Below, in pieces: positions 17,374 to 26,558 of a DNA stretch of 53,370 nucleotides. Where the stretch lies: the IMG/VR virus record IMGVR_UViG_3300010362_000020, positions 1-53,370 of that record. One strand, 5' to 3'. The notes beneath the pieces were generated by a model that saw nothing but the letters and a program-made list of their open reading frames with translations, ran no database searches and was not told the DNA's origin. How positions within the stretch are numbered: position 1 is the first letter of the stretch; every line of letters starts with the position of its first letter. A program made the position numbers and the translations under genes. This stretch comes from a virus. Taxonomy: Duplodnaviria > Caudoviricetes.

Positions 17374-17886
17374 CTATGACACACTTTCGCCCCCCTCCAG
17401 GGTCTGGTTCCCGTGCAGCGGGCAGACCGGATCGATCCCCTGGTCCGGGCAGCTGCACTCCGCCTGGACCACCAGGTTGGCGTGCTCCTCCGTCCGCCGG
17501 CCGCCCTTCTTGAACCAGCCGCCCCCCAGCCGGCGCATCTCGGCGACCTCCGCGGCGGTCGGCTCGACGTCGGGCGCGGGCGTGAGAATGCGGCGGGAGC
17601 GCTTCTGGACCGGGTAGAAGACCAGACCGACCGTGAAGACATGGTCGCACCAGGGGCACGCGAGGCGCTGCGTGTAGGGGTTCCAGAACATCCGCAGCAC
17701 CGACTCGGCGCGGGGGCGCTGCTTGGCGGCGGCGCGGGCGCGGTTGTTCTCGACCAGGCGCTTGGGCAGGTAGCGCTTGTCGATGCCCGCGAAGATCAGG
17801 CGCCCGCAATGCGGGCACGCGCACTCGAAGCGGTCGATCCGGGCGAAGCAGCGGCGACCAGGGGGCATCCGGGGCACGTCAGGCAT
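17374..17886 (-). CDS. Zn-finger protein
   Basis: CPHCG, CPWCD, CSC...CPLH; AGGAGG RBS. Confidence 0.7.
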   Translation of the reverse strand: MPDVPRMPPGRRCFARIDRFECACPHCGRLIFAGIDKRYLPKRLVENNRARAAAKQRPRAESVLRMFWNPYTQRLACPWCDHVFTVGLVFYPVQKRSRRILTPAPDVEPTAAEVAEMRRLGGGWFKKGGRRTEEHANLVVQAECSCPDQGIDPVCPLHGNQTLEGGESVS

Positions 17887-18029
17887 GGGCTCCTCCTTCG
17901 TTCTCTGCCCCTCGGCCTCGTACAGCGGGAGGTACACAGGTACGGCGGGGACGGGAGGGACGGTAGCACGCCTCGGCTCCCCCGCTCGCTGCGCTCGCGG
18001 GAGTCGCACTCGGCGCATCGGGACGGGGG

Positions 18030-18254
18030 CTAGAGCGACCAGACCTTCCAGAGGATCGCGAGCGTCAGCGCGAGGGTCACGACGAGCATCCAGCGGATCG
18101 TGCGGATCTGGCGCTCGATCACGTCGAGCGGGTCGAGCGGGTCGTCGTCCGGTCTCACGATCACCCGCCCGGCGCGCTGCGCGGCGAGCGCATCGAGGTC
18201 GTCGGTGAGCTGCGTGATCGCCTGGCGTCGCCGCTCGACGTCGTCATCGCGCAT
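18030..18254 (-). CDS. Small protein with C-terminal TM helix
   Basis: WMLVVTLALTLAILWKVW; TGATG coupling. Confidence 0.6.
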   Translation of the reverse strand: MRDDDVERRRQAITQLTDDLDALAAQRAGRVIVRPDDDPLDPLDVIERQIRTIRWMLVVTLALTLAILWKVWSL

Positions 18255-19192
18255 CAGCGGGTGACCGAGAAGATCGACCGCGTCGGCGGCTTGAGGGGCT
18301 TGTCCTTGGGCCCCTTGACGTGCGGACGCACCGGGACGACGCGCCCGCTCGCCAGATGCCGTTGGTGCCCGCGCACGAAGAACCGACAGTGCCGCTCGCG
18401 GGCGGCGGCGTCCGTTGGTGCCGTCGGACTGCCCTCCAGCGCGCGGAGGGTGACCACGTGAAAGAGGAAGGGCGCCAGGTCGGGGGCGTCGTGCGCGAGC
18501 CGCTTGCGGGCGTGCCGCTCGATGGGCACCCGCTCGGGGCGTGCCAGCTTCGTCGCAACCCACGTGCTCAGGAGATGGAAGTACAGGCCCGCGCGCACCA
18601 GGTCGCCCTCGGTCGTCGCAAGCGGTTCGTTGTTGAGGGCATCGAGTGGGAAGGACTCGAAGGGAGTGCCATCGCCGTCGAGGGGGACGAGCCGAGTGAC
18701 CGGGTCGCCCTCGCGCCAGATGAGCGTCTCGCCGTGGTACAGCATGCGCTGGGGGCGGTCCTTGAACTTGACGTCGTCACGTGCGGTGAAGAGGTCGTTG
18801 AGAATCAACGTGGCGGCGACGTGATCCGGCGTCGGACGCCACACGAGATAGCCGCTGTGCTCTACTTGCCCGTCGGGCAACTCCCGGACAAGCCAGCGTC
18901 GATCGATCCAGATCGTCAGCGGGAGATCCAGATGGCACGTGGCGACGAGCGTGGTCAGCGGAAACGCATGGAGCGAGTGGGCGAATGCGCGATCAATCTC
19001 CTCGGAGACGTACATCGGTGTGGCGCGGGCGAGAATGGGCAGGCGCGTCGCGAGCCACGCCCGGTACTCGGGCTCACCCCTGGTTGCGGGCCGGTGTAGG
19101 AGCTCGCGGTCCAGGAGCTCGATCAGATCCTGGCCGTTCCGGTACAGATGCAGGTGTTGCTCGCACGCCCACGCCGGTCCCGTCGTCTCCAT
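18254..19192 (-). CDS. Hypothetical protein with C-terminal VRGHxR...VRPH.KG motif
   Basis: Long GC3-biased ORF, RBS. Confidence 0.75.
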   Translation of the reverse strand: METTGPAWACEQHLHLYRNGQDLIELLDRELLHRPATRGEPEYRAWLATRLPILARATPMYVSEEIDRAFAHSLHAFPLTTLVATCHLDLPLTIWIDRRWLVRELPDGQVEHSGYLVWRPTPDHVAATLILNDLFTARDDVKFKDRPQRMLYHGETLIWREGDPVTRLVPLDGDGTPFESFPLDALNNEPLATTEGDLVRAGLYFHLLSTWVATKLARPERVPIERHARKRLAHDAPDLAPFLFHVVTLRALEGSPTAPTDAAARERHCRFFVRGHQRHLASGRVVPVRPHVKGPKDKPLKPPTRSIFSVTR

Positions 19193-19263
19193 GGTCACGG
19201 CTCCTTCTCAGTGCCCGTTAAGGGGTGCGGGGGATGCGGGCCCGCGCTGGCGGTGCCCGCCGC

Positions 19264-19389
19264 TTAGCGCGGGAGGCCGAGCCGCTCGCGGGCCTGGCGC
19301 TCGCCCTCGCGGTCGCGCCACTCGGGCATGTCCTGCAGCAGGACGGGCACCACGATCAGAATGAGGATGCTCAAGAGGATCACAGTCAT
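19264..19389 (-). CDS. Small membrane peptide
   Basis: MTVILLSILILIVVPVLL; GGAG RBS. Confidence 0.45.
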   Translation of the reverse strand: MTVILLSILILIVVPVLLQDMPEWRDREGERQARERLGLPR

Positions 19390-19418
19390 GTCGGTCAGTC
19401 TCCCATTACTCGGTGTCA

Positions 19419-19664
19419 TCAGCTAGAGGGGGGCCACGGGATGTCGATGTCGAAGTTCGGCCGCGCGACGACGCCGTCGGGCGTCCACAGGTACACGCGG
19501 TGCGCCAGGTGCTCGTGCTCCTCCGGCGCGGCGCACCAGCAGGCGACGAAGAACGCGTCGCAGCTGCGGCAGTAGTGGCGCACCCGCGGCCCGCCACAGG
19601 TGCAGCAGGGATCACCCACGGGGCCAAGCATATGCATCCGGTCTGCGATGGTCAGGCTTGGCAT
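19419..19664 (-). CDS. Cys/His-rich (B-box-like) small protein
   Basis: CCTC..HYCRSC....C.C....H..H. Confidence 0.6.
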   Translation of the reverse strand: MPSLTIADRMHMLGPVGDPCCTCGGPRVRHYCRSCDAFFVACWCAAPEEHEHLAHRVYLWTPDGVVARPNFDIDIPWPPSS

Positions 19665-19666
19665 TG

Positions 19667-20209
19667 TCAGTGGCCGTAGGGATGCGGGGTGATGCGCAGC
19701 GCGCCGCCCCGGTAGTGCGCCCAGAAGCGCCGGTGGATCTCGCGCTTGATCTCCTGCAGCGCCCGCTGGAGACCCGGCACCGCCGCCGCCAGCTGCACGG
19801 CCGGGACGGCCAGGCTGCGGTGCAGCAGGCCGGCCCGGTCGCCGGCATCGACCGCCACGCCGCAGTCCTCGCATGCCGCCCAGTCGCCCAGGCTCGTCGC
19901 GTGGGTACGCGTCCCCGGCGGCTGCGGCATCTCGAAGCTCGCGCAGGGGACGACCCAGGTCACCGGCCGCGCGCTGCAGAAGTCGCAGCAACTCATATCC
20001 GCCGCGCGCTCCCGCTCCAGGTCGAAGCCGTGCCAGCGCAGCGCCCAGACGTGGTCGGCGGTCTGGGTGAGCACGCCGCGCTCGATCAGCCGGTCGCGCA
20101 CCGACGGGGCGAAGGCCTGCACCTGGCCGTCGAGGTCGCGGGCGAAGCAGCCGTGCCCGATGGCGTCCTGGCAGTAGTCGGCGGGGGTGAGATCGTCTTG
20201 CATATGCAT
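19667..20209 (-). CDS. Hypothetical Zn-binding protein
   Basis: CDFC...WAACEDC. Confidence 0.7.
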   Translation of the reverse strand: MHMQDDLTPADYCQDAIGHGCFARDLDGQVQAFAPSVRDRLIERGVLTQTADHVWALRWHGFDLERERAADMSCCDFCSARPVTWVVPCASFEMPQPPGTRTHATSLGDWAACEDCGVAVDAGDRAGLLHRSLAVPAVQLAAAVPGLQRALQEIKREIHRRFWAHYRGGALRITPHPYGH

Positions 20210-20216
20210 CCTCGGC

Positions 20217-20471
20217 TCAGCGGCCGTTGAGGCGCTCCCGCAGGGCCTGCAGGTCGGCGCGGTGCTCGCGCAGCGTCTGCCCCTGCTCCAGGATCAGGCG
20301 CTTCAGTTCGTCCTGCGATTCTTCAAGGGCGTCGAACCGCGCGCCGAGTTCGGCGAGCGTCTGGGTGAACACCGTCTGCACCTGCCCGTAGCTGCGGAGC
20401 AGGTCGAGGACGTCGGTCTGGAACTGCTGGTGCGCCGCCGCCATGCGGTCGCGGTACTCGTCAAGATTCAT
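20217..20471 (-). CDS. Coiled-coil protein
   Basis: Heptad pattern; GGAGG RBS. Confidence 0.65.
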   Translation of the reverse strand: MNLDEYRDRMAAAHQQFQTDVLDLLRSYGQVQTVFTQTLAELGARFDALEESQDELKRLILEQGQTLREHRADLQALRERLNGR

Positions 20472-20695
20472 CACGCCTCCCCCCGCGCAATCGCCTCGGG
20501 GCTGTGCGCGTCGATCCCTTCGTCGCAGTGGAGGCACTCGCCGTTGTGATCCGGCTGGAAGACGGGACAGGCGTTCGCAGGTACCGGCGCCGCGCCGGGC
20601 GCCTCGACGGCACCGACTGGCTCGCCGCAGACCAGGCAGTAGCCGCGCGCGTTGGGCACCCCGCTCTTGCCGTACGCCTGACAGCTGCACATCAC
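20471..20695 (-). CDS. Cys-rich small protein
   Basis: CSC..CLVCG..CPVF..CLHC..H. Confidence 0.55.
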   Translation of the reverse strand: MMCSCQAYGKSGVPNARGYCLVCGEPVGAVEAPGAAPVPANACPVFQPDHNGECLHCDEGIDAHSPEAIARGEA

Positions 20696-20850
20696 CAGGC
20701 CCCCAGGACCGCGCCGCCGAAGTAGACCGCGAAGGCGCAGACGCCCGTCAGCACCGCAAGCCCCAGCAGGACGTAGACGCCGTCAATGACCTCCGGCACG
20801 ACTTCGACCACGACGATCAGCAGCACGACGTAGAACAGGATCATCAGCAT
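20692..20850 (-). CDS. Small two-TM membrane protein
   Basis: MLMILFYVVLLIVVV...VYVLLGLAVLTGVCAFAVYF. Confidence 0.55.
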   Translation of the reverse strand: MLMILFYVVLLIVVVEVVPEVIDGVYVLLGLAVLTGVCAFAVYFGGAVLGAW

Positions 20851-20877
20851 GAACGCCCCCTCGGGCCTCGACGCGAC

Positions 20878-20906
20878 ATTCTATGACTCCTAGTCATCAG
20901 TGTAAA
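20878..20906 (-). promoter_or_regulatory. Sigma70-type promoter with TGATGAC in the spacer
   Basis: TTTACA-ctgatgactaggagtca(17)-TAGAAT. Confidence 0.65.
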
Positions 20907-20932
20907 CGACACGCTCATCGGGCGGGCTTGAG

Positions 20933-20968
20933 CGGCACCCCGGGCCCACCGACGGGCCGGGGGTGCCG
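20933..20968. terminator. GC-rich hairpin, probable terminator
   Basis: CGGCACCCCGGGCCC...GGGCCGGGGGTGCCG just after the 20974 stop; no clear U-tract. Confidence 0.45.
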
Positions 20969-20973
20969 GGGCT

Positions 20974-21561
20974 TCACCGGTACCGACTGGGCGTCTCGAT
21001 GCGATCCAGCACCCGGTCGAGCAGCCGTTCCGCTGCGGTCTCTCGGGGCCCTTTCAGCAACTTGTAGCTGCCGATGGACGAGTCCAGGTGTTCCTCGATG
21101 TTCTTGAAGACGTCTTCAAGGGTTCTGTTCGGATCGTCGGACTCGAAGTGCGCGCGCACCGCCTCTTCCAAGTCGGCGGGCACGTCGTAGATCTTCACCT
21201 CGTAGGCCATGATGCGGAGTCGACGGCCCGGCGCGTCGAAGTACTGTCGGGCGCAGTCGATGCACCGGGATGGATATGCATTCACGCGGTGCTCCTCGCA
21301 CGCCGCTTTCTTGCAATCGGCGCAGCGTTGCGCGTGGTGCGGGTGCGCCTTGAAGTCGTAGATGTTGAGGGAGCATTCCGTACCGCAGAACGCACAGGCG
21401 ACGACGTCCGTCGGCTTCGGTGCGTGCTCCAGGCAGCTGGGACAGGTCACGCGCGCCCAGTCGCTGGTCGCGCCGCCTTTGGTGCGCCGATGGCAGATCT
21501 TCTCAACGTTGGGTTCGTCGTCGAACATCTTGTAGTGCAGTACTTCCTTCTTGGCTCTCAT
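20974..21561 (-). CDS. Multi-Zn-finger hypothetical protein
   Basis: VTCPSC, CAFCG, CADC..ACEEH, CIDC. Confidence 0.7.
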   Translation of the reverse strand: MRAKKEVLHYKMFDDEPNVEKICHRRTKGGATSDWARVTCPSCLEHAPKPTDVVACAFCGTECSLNIYDFKAHPHHAQRCADCKKAACEEHRVNAYPSRCIDCARQYFDAPGRRLRIMAYEVKIYDVPADLEEAVRAHFESDDPNRTLEDVFKNIEEHLDSSIGSYKLLKGPRETAAERLLDRVLDRIETPSRYR

Positions 21562-21618
21562 GGGGGTCTGTTCCTTTGCCTTGTTGTAGTTGTCGTCGTG
21601 GTCGTTTCCAGCGCACTG

Positions 21619-21849
21619 CTACCGTCGGCACGCCGCCGCGCTGTAGGCGACGTCCGCGGCCACGGTCGCCTGGGCCTCGCCCAGGCTCGCGTAGGGGCCG
21701 CTCCAGCACGCAGAGGTCCGCCACTTCACGTACCAGTGGCGCGCCTGGCGCTCGATGGCGAAGTCGGGAACGCCGTCGCGCTGCTCCGTGGAGACCGTGA
21801 GCGCGGCGCTGACACGTACCCAGGTCGGATAGTCGTTCGTCTGCTTCAT
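21619..21849 (-). CDS. Hypothetical protein
   Basis: WSGPYASLGEA; ATGA coupling. Confidence 0.6.
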   Translation of the reverse strand: MKQTNDYPTWVRVSAALTVSTEQRDGVPDFAIERQARHWYVKWRTSACWSGPYASLGEAQATVAADVAYSAAACRR

Positions 21850-22067
21850 CGCAGGTCACCTTGCCCTGTCGTGGTTGGTTGCATATGCTTCTCCGTCTCA
21901 CGGTCGTGACACGCCTTGCAGCAGTACCGCCGGTCGTCGGCGCCGGTCCAGTGGTACGGCTCGATCACGGGGTCGCCGCAGGCGGCGCAGGCCTCCAGGG
22001 CGGGGCGATGCCGGACGCACCGCCCCGTGCTCGACTCCCGGCATTCGCAGCAGCGGGGTCGGGGCAT
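21846..22067 (-). CDS. Cys-rich small protein
   Basis: CCEC..C..H, CAACG..YCCKAC. Confidence 0.55.
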   Translation of the reverse strand: MPRPRCCECRESSTGRCVRHRPALEACAACGDPVIEPYHWTGADDRRYCCKACHDRETEKHMQPTTTGQGDLR

Positions 22068-22070
22068 CGC

Positions 22071-22355
22071 TTAGTCCTCCGCCCAGAAGTAGCGCCAGGC
22101 CTTGCCGCGCTGCTTCCAGGCGACCAGGCGCTGCTCGCCGCTCGGGGCGTCCCACGCGCGCCAGACCTCCTGGCTCCCGTCCGAGAAGTGTTGCCAGTGG
22201 AACGTGTCGCCTGCGGCGTCGTCCCACTGGTAGTGATCGATCAGCCCGGTGGACGGGTTGACGTGGCGCGCCTCGACGGCCAGCGCGGCCGCGCGCGACT
22301 CGCGGGTGCCCATCAGGCGGGGGATCTGCTGGATGACGGTGGTGCGGAGCGTCAT
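22071..22355 (-). CDS. Hypothetical protein
   Basis: Coupled ORF, Trp-rich. Confidence 0.6.
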   Translation of the reverse strand: MTLRTTVIQQIPRLMGTRESRAAALAVEARHVNPSTGLIDHYQWDDAAGDTFHWQHFSDGSQEVWRAWDAPSGEQRLVAWKQRGKAWRYFWAED

Positions 22356-22888
22356 AGCCCACCCCACGACGTCTGGCCGCACTGATGGCTCCCCCGGTGC
22401 CCCAGGCGAAGCTCGCAGCGCCCGTGCGCCATGTAGCGGTCGCACTGTTTCGCCAGATCAGTGATCGCGCGCGGCGCGCCGGGCTTGTCGCGCAGCGGCG
22501 TCTGCACCTGGGCGCTCGCGATGTTGTCCGCGTGGACCCAGATGCCGACGACGGGGTCCGGCCAGCAGACGCCGCCACCCTCGGCGGGTGTGCCCAGGAC
22601 GTCGAGCACCAGGAAGCACGCCGCCTCGTCGCTGTCCTCCTCGATGCCCTCGGCCCACAGGACGAACAGGTCAGCGGGCGCCTGGAGCGGATGCTGCGCG
22701 TCGTACTGCACCTCGGCGCGGATGCGGAGCGGGGTGCGGAAGGTGTAGAGCCGTCGGCTGCGCCGCTCGGCGAGCGTGGCGCTGCGGCTTACGTACGAGC
22801 CGTCGTCTGTGGGCTCCGGTTTCTCACTGGCATCGGCGCGCACGCCTGCGCTGTAGGCGGGCTCGTAGTTGTCGTGTCCAATCGGCAT
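22352..22888 (-). CDS. Hypothetical protein
   Basis: AAAGGA RBS; C-terminal C..CEL..GH.G.H motif. Confidence 0.65.
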   Translation of the reverse strand: MPIGHDNYEPAYSAGVRADASEKPEPTDDGSYVSRSATLAERRSRRLYTFRTPLRIRAEVQYDAQHPLQAPADLFVLWAEGIEEDSDEAACFLVLDVLGTPAEGGGVCWPDPVVGIWVHADNIASAQVQTPLRDKPGAPRAITDLAKQCDRYMAHGRCELRLGHRGSHQCGQTSWGGL

Positions 22889-22961
22889 GGTCCTGTCCTT
22901 TCCGTCGTGCGTGGGTGTTGCGCGTGAACTCCGTACGCCCAGGTGCTCGCCGGGGCGTCCG

Positions 22962-23315
22962 CTACTCCGCCGCTGTCTTCCGGTGGCAGTGGCAGTCGCT
23001 GCCGTAGTGCCCGCACACGGGACACTGCCCGTGCTGCCGCGCCGCCGCGCGCTCGGATGCCGCCGACGGGACGACGACGTCGGCCTCTTCGTCCTCGTCC
23101 TCGTACTCCTCGGCGTCGGTCACCGCCTCGTCGCTGACGCTGTCGCTCTCGCTGTGCCAGCTGCCCGCGTTGACCAGGTCGCAGTACGCCTCGCTGTCGC
23201 CGCCGCTCGCGAGCAGCTGCTCGACGTAGGCCTGCGCCGCCTCGACGGAGTCGGCTTCCACGATCACCGTGGCGTACTCGCGCACGCTGCGCCCCATCGC
23301 AATTCTGACCTTCAT
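22962..23315 (-). CDS. Acidic hypothetical protein
   Basis: TVIVEADSVEAA; strong RBS. Confidence 0.65.
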   Translation of the reverse strand: MKVRIAMGRSVREYATVIVEADSVEAAQAYVEQLLASGGDSEAYCDLVNAGSWHSESDSVSDEAVTDAEEYEDEDEEADVVVPSAASERAAARQHGQCPVCGHYGSDCHCHRKTAAE

Positions 23316-23316
23316 C

Positions 23317-23772
23317 TCACTCCTCCTCCTGGAGACTGCGGTAATGCACCGGGTACTTCAGCAGCCGCCCGTCGTCGCCCACCGGGACGCCCGCCGCCTG
23401 GGCCAGCGGGTACGCCGCCTCGTCGTCGGCCAGGAGGCTCTGCTCGTCGTCGCGCTCGACCTGCCACCAGCCGTACCGGTCGCTCTGGCTGATGCACCAG
23501 CCTTCCCGGTCCATGCGGGCCTGCATCTCGGGGGTCACGACGAAGATCCGTTCCATCCAGTTGGTGCCCGTCGTCGTCGCTTGCTCTGGCTGCGCCGCCG
23601 TTGCGCGCGGCTGTTCGGCGATGTACGCCGCCAGCTGCGCGACGGACGACGTCGCGTAGGGTCCGCGCCAGGTCGTCGGGCGCCGGTCGTGGTACGGCCC
23701 GTGCTCCACGACCTTCCGCACGCGCCAGCCGCCGCCCCGCGTCGGGGCAATGAAGTAGATCGCGTCTTTCAT
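23317..23772 (-). CDS. Hypothetical protein
   Basis: RBS; first gene after the 23814-23842 promoter. Confidence 0.7.
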   Translation of the reverse strand: MKDAIYFIAPTRGGGWRVRKVVEHGPYHDRRPTTWRGPYATSSVAQLAAYIAEQPRATAAQPEQATTTGTNWMERIFVVTPEMQARMDREGWCISQSDRYGWWQVERDDEQSLLADDEAAYPLAQAAGVPVGDDGRLLKYPVHYRSLQEEE

Positions 23773-23813
23773 GGCTCTGTCCTCTCTCGTTCGTCGGTGG
23801 TGGTCGAGCGCTC

Positions 23814-23842
23814 ACTCTACCAGATGCATATGCATCTGTCTA
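23814..23842 (-). promoter_or_regulatory. Sigma70-type promoter whose spacer holds the perfect palindrome GATGCATATGCATC
   Basis: TAGACA-gatgcatatgcatctgg(17)-TAGAGT; 18-bp palindrome at 23821-23838. Confidence 0.65.
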
Positions 23843-23845
23843 CCG

Positions 23846-23880
23846 GCCGGACACCCGCCGCTCGAGTACGGGTGTCCGGT
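23846..23880. terminator. Hairpin, probable terminator
   Basis: GCCGGACACCCG...CGGGTGTCCGGT. Confidence 0.45.
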
Positions 23881-23888
23881 CGCGGGGC

Positions 23889-24155
23889 TCACGGCCGGTC
23901 GGGTTGCGACCGCCGCGCGTGGTGCGCGGCGCTGCGGGCGTAGCTGACGGCGTCCTGCAGGCTCAGGTCGCTGCGGTCCTGCCACATGCGGATCAGCGTG
24001 TCATCCTTCTCGGCGTCCCCGGCGTCCAGCGCCCGCCACGCGTCCGCTTCCCGCTGATGGAACACGGCGTGCTGGATGGCGCGCACGCAGCGGACGCCGT
24101 ACCAGCGCGCCTCACGCCGCGCCTGCCGCTCCTCCCAGGACATGCGCGCCATCAC
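23889..24155 (-). CDS. Hypothetical protein
   Basis: Coupled ORF. Confidence 0.6.
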   Translation of the reverse strand: MMARMSWEERQARREARWYGVRCVRAIQHAVFHQREADAWRALDAGDAEKDDTLIRMWQDRSDLSLQDAVSYARSAAHHARRSQPDRP

Positions 24156-24439
24156 GCCTCCTCCACGGTCAGCGCGGCCTTGATCGCCAGGGCCACCCGC
24201 TCGATCACGGCGGGATCCTTGGACGAGAACCGCACGATCAGCGTGTCGGCGATCTCCCGCTGGTACGCTGGCTTGAGGGTCCAGTAGTCCGCCGCACGGA
24301 TCACCAGCCCCGCGTAGCTCGGGTGCGTCTCGTCGGTGTTGACGCGCGCGTCAATCTCGCGCGCGACGTCGCTGGTGCGGTCGTGAATGGCCTGCACCTC
24401 GCGGATCTCCGCGTCGGTTCGACGTTTGACGCGCATCAC
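24152..24439 (-). CDS. Hypothetical protein
   Basis: Coupled ORF. Confidence 0.65.
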   Translation of the reverse strand: MMRVKRRTDAEIREVQAIHDRTSDVAREIDARVNTDETHPSYAGLVIRAADYWTLKPAYQREIADTLIVRFSSKDPAVIERVALAIKAALTVEEA

Positions 24440-25050
24440 GCCACCCCCGCCGCGCCCGCCGCGCCCGTGCGCTCGCGCTCGGTGACCCAGGTACGCACCA
24501 GTCCATCGACGTGGTAGATCCCGTCGCGGATGTCGCGCACCCGGTACTCGTTCTCGCTGTAGCTGCTGCTCGACCCGCTCTCGCGCGTGACCATCGCGGT
24601 CGCGCCTATCGCTTCCGCCACGCGCGCCAGGTACTGCCCGAAGGTGGCCGGGGCGCCGTACTTCGCCGCCAGCTTGTCCAGTCTGGTGTCAATCGCCCGC
24701 AGCGTCTTCCCCATCGCCTCGGCGGTCGTGCGGTCAATCGTGTAGACGTCGTGATAGCGGCAGTCGAAGCCGTACAGGTGCCGCGTCTCGTCGTCGCCAC
24801 AGCCCTGCGAGTCGACCCGCAGGTTGTTCAGCAGGAGCCCGCCGATCCGCTCGTCACTGCAGTTCCGCACACGTTCGTACGGGATGCTCAGGCGCTCGCC
24901 CTGATCGATGCGGCGCATCTCGTCGGCGGTCGGGTCGATCACGACGACGGTCGCCCGCACGTGGTAGTAGTCGCGCCAGGAGCGGTCCCGCTCCTCGCTG
25001 ATGAGCAGGCCCAGCCGCGGGCCGGTCGTCCGTTTGGTCTGCTTCGCCAT
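24436..25050 (-). CDS. Hypothetical protein
   Basis: GGAGG RBS, GC3 bias. Confidence 0.75.
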   Translation of the reverse strand: MAKQTKRTTGPRLGLLISEERDRSWRDYYHVRATVVVIDPTADEMRRIDQGERLSIPYERVRNCSDERIGGLLLNNLRVDSQGCGDDETRHLYGFDCRYHDVYTIDRTTAEAMGKTLRAIDTRLDKLAAKYGAPATFGQYLARVAEAIGATAMVTRESGSSSSYSENEYRVRDIRDGIYHVDGLVRTWVTERERTGAAGAAGVA

Positions 25051-25134
25051 TGGTGCTCTGTCCTCCGTGGTTGCTCGGTTGCCGGTTGTCGGTCGGGCGC
25101 GCCGCCGCGGTGCTCGCCGCCGCGGCGCGCCGGT

Positions 25135-25428
25135 TCAGTCTCTGGTGCCCCCGCCCGCCGGTGGCGCCGGGACGAGCATAGGCAGGCGCTCGGGCGCCAG
25201 TTCCCACGCCCACAGCCCGTGCGCTGTGTCGCGCGCCGGGACGCACCGTAGCTCGCCGCGGCGCGCCAGCCAGTCCCCCAGCGGGCCGAATCCCTGGATG
25301 GCGCGCCGGTCCCGTCCGACGCGCCACCAGCCGCCGCCCCGCACCTCGATGGCGCCGGTGCGCTTGGCGCGCCGCAGCCACGCCGCGATGGCGCGGTCGC
25401 GGGTGGCGTACTGCCGGGGGGCGCTCAC
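25135..25428 (-). CDS. Hypothetical protein
   Basis: GTGA coupling; GGAGG RBS. Confidence 0.55.
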   Translation of the reverse strand: MSAPRQYATRDRAIAAWLRRAKRTGAIEVRGGGWWRVGRDRRAIQGFGPLGDWLARRGELRCVPARDTAHGLWAWELAPERLPMLVPAPPAGGGTRD

Positions 25429-25916
25429 CGGTCCTCCCTGAGGTACCAGCCGCCGAAGGTGTGCCCCTTCGTATGGCCGGAGTAGTGGATGCACCGACGC
25501 TCGCTGCGCCCGTCCCTCGACACCTCCCGTGCCTCGCAGCGCGGCCAGCGGTAGGGCGCCGCGTGGCGCTCGGGCGCCGGGGTTGCCTCGGGCGCCGGGG
25601 TCGCCTCCTCCGGCGGCACGATCTCCGCCCATGTTTCGTGCCCGTGTTCGACGTCGCGGTGGATGGTCGCGCAGCGCAGCACGCGCTGCTCGCGGTCATA
25701 GGTCGTCGTGATCACACAGCGCGGCTCGGGGTTCAACTGGCAGTAGGGCCAGTGCGCCTCGGTGACGGTCGTTTCGAGGATGCGGGTCTGCCCGTACGGC
25801 CCGATGCAGACCTGCGCACGCAGGCGGTCGCCGACGTGGATCCGTTCCCCGTGGCGGTCAACCACGGGGAACCGATCCGCGCCGCCGGTCACGGGGACAC
25901 GGTCAGCGGGCGCCAT
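25425..25916 (-). CDS. Hypothetical protein
   Basis: DRHGERIHVGDRL (SH3-like start); C..C.H..GH...H tail. Confidence 0.6.
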   Translation of the reverse strand: MAPADRVPVTGGADRFPVVDRHGERIHVGDRLRAQVCIGPYGQTRILETTVTEAHWPYCQLNPEPRCVITTTYDREQRVLRCATIHRDVEHGHETWAEIVPPEEATPAPEATPAPERHAAPYRWPRCEAREVSRDGRSERRCIHYSGHTKGHTFGGWYLREDR

Positions 25917-26434
25917 CAGAAGCCCCACTGGTCGGCGGGCACCTGCGGCGCCGCCGGGACAGGGCGCGCCACGGGGCGCACCGGGGGCTTGGGCACGGTC
26001 AGGGCCGCAGCAATCCGACGCGGGTCGCGCAGCATGTCGCTGGTGGCCTGGAGTGCTGCGGCTGGCGCGGTCGGCGCCACGGGCGCAGGCGTCAGCGGCG
26101 CGCCAGGACCCATCCTGGGTGTGTCGACGCCTGCAGGCTGGGGCTGGGGCTTGGGCGCCTGCGGCGCGGCTTGCTCGGCGTCTCTGGCGCGCAGCGTGGC
26201 GCAGATCAACGCCCGCACATCCGCCAGCCGCTCGGCGGCGACCACCAGCAGATCCGGGCCGCTAATCGCCAGCGGGAACACGTGATCGGCCAGCTGCAGC
26301 CCCTCCCGGTCCACGGTGGCAGTAACCCCCGTGGCGGTGACGAAGCCCAGCGCACGCAGCCCGTAGGCTTGGGCGCTCTCGCCCTCGGTGCGTGGCGTCA
26401 GTTCAGGGAGTCTCGGGTAGCGTGGGAAGTCCAT
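25916..26434 (-). CDS. Hypothetical protein, Pro/Ala-rich tail
   Basis: GAGG RBS before MDFPRY. Confidence 0.6.
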   Translation of the reverse strand: MDFPRYPRLPELTPRTEGESAQAYGLRALGFVTATGVTATVDREGLQLADHVFPLAISGPDLLVVAAERLADVRALICATLRARDAEQAAPQAPKPQPQPAGVDTPRMGPGAPLTPAPVAPTAPAAALQATSDMLRDPRRIAAALTVPKPPVRPVARPVPAAPQVPADQWGF

Positions 26435-26558
26435 CGTCGTTTGTCCTCTCTCGGTTCGTGGGAAGCGTTCAGCGCTCCAGGCCAGCCACCGGGTGCCGGT
26501 GGCTAGGCTGCAGCGCCGGAACGCCCCAGGACAGCCCTGAGGCGCTCCAGCGGCGCTC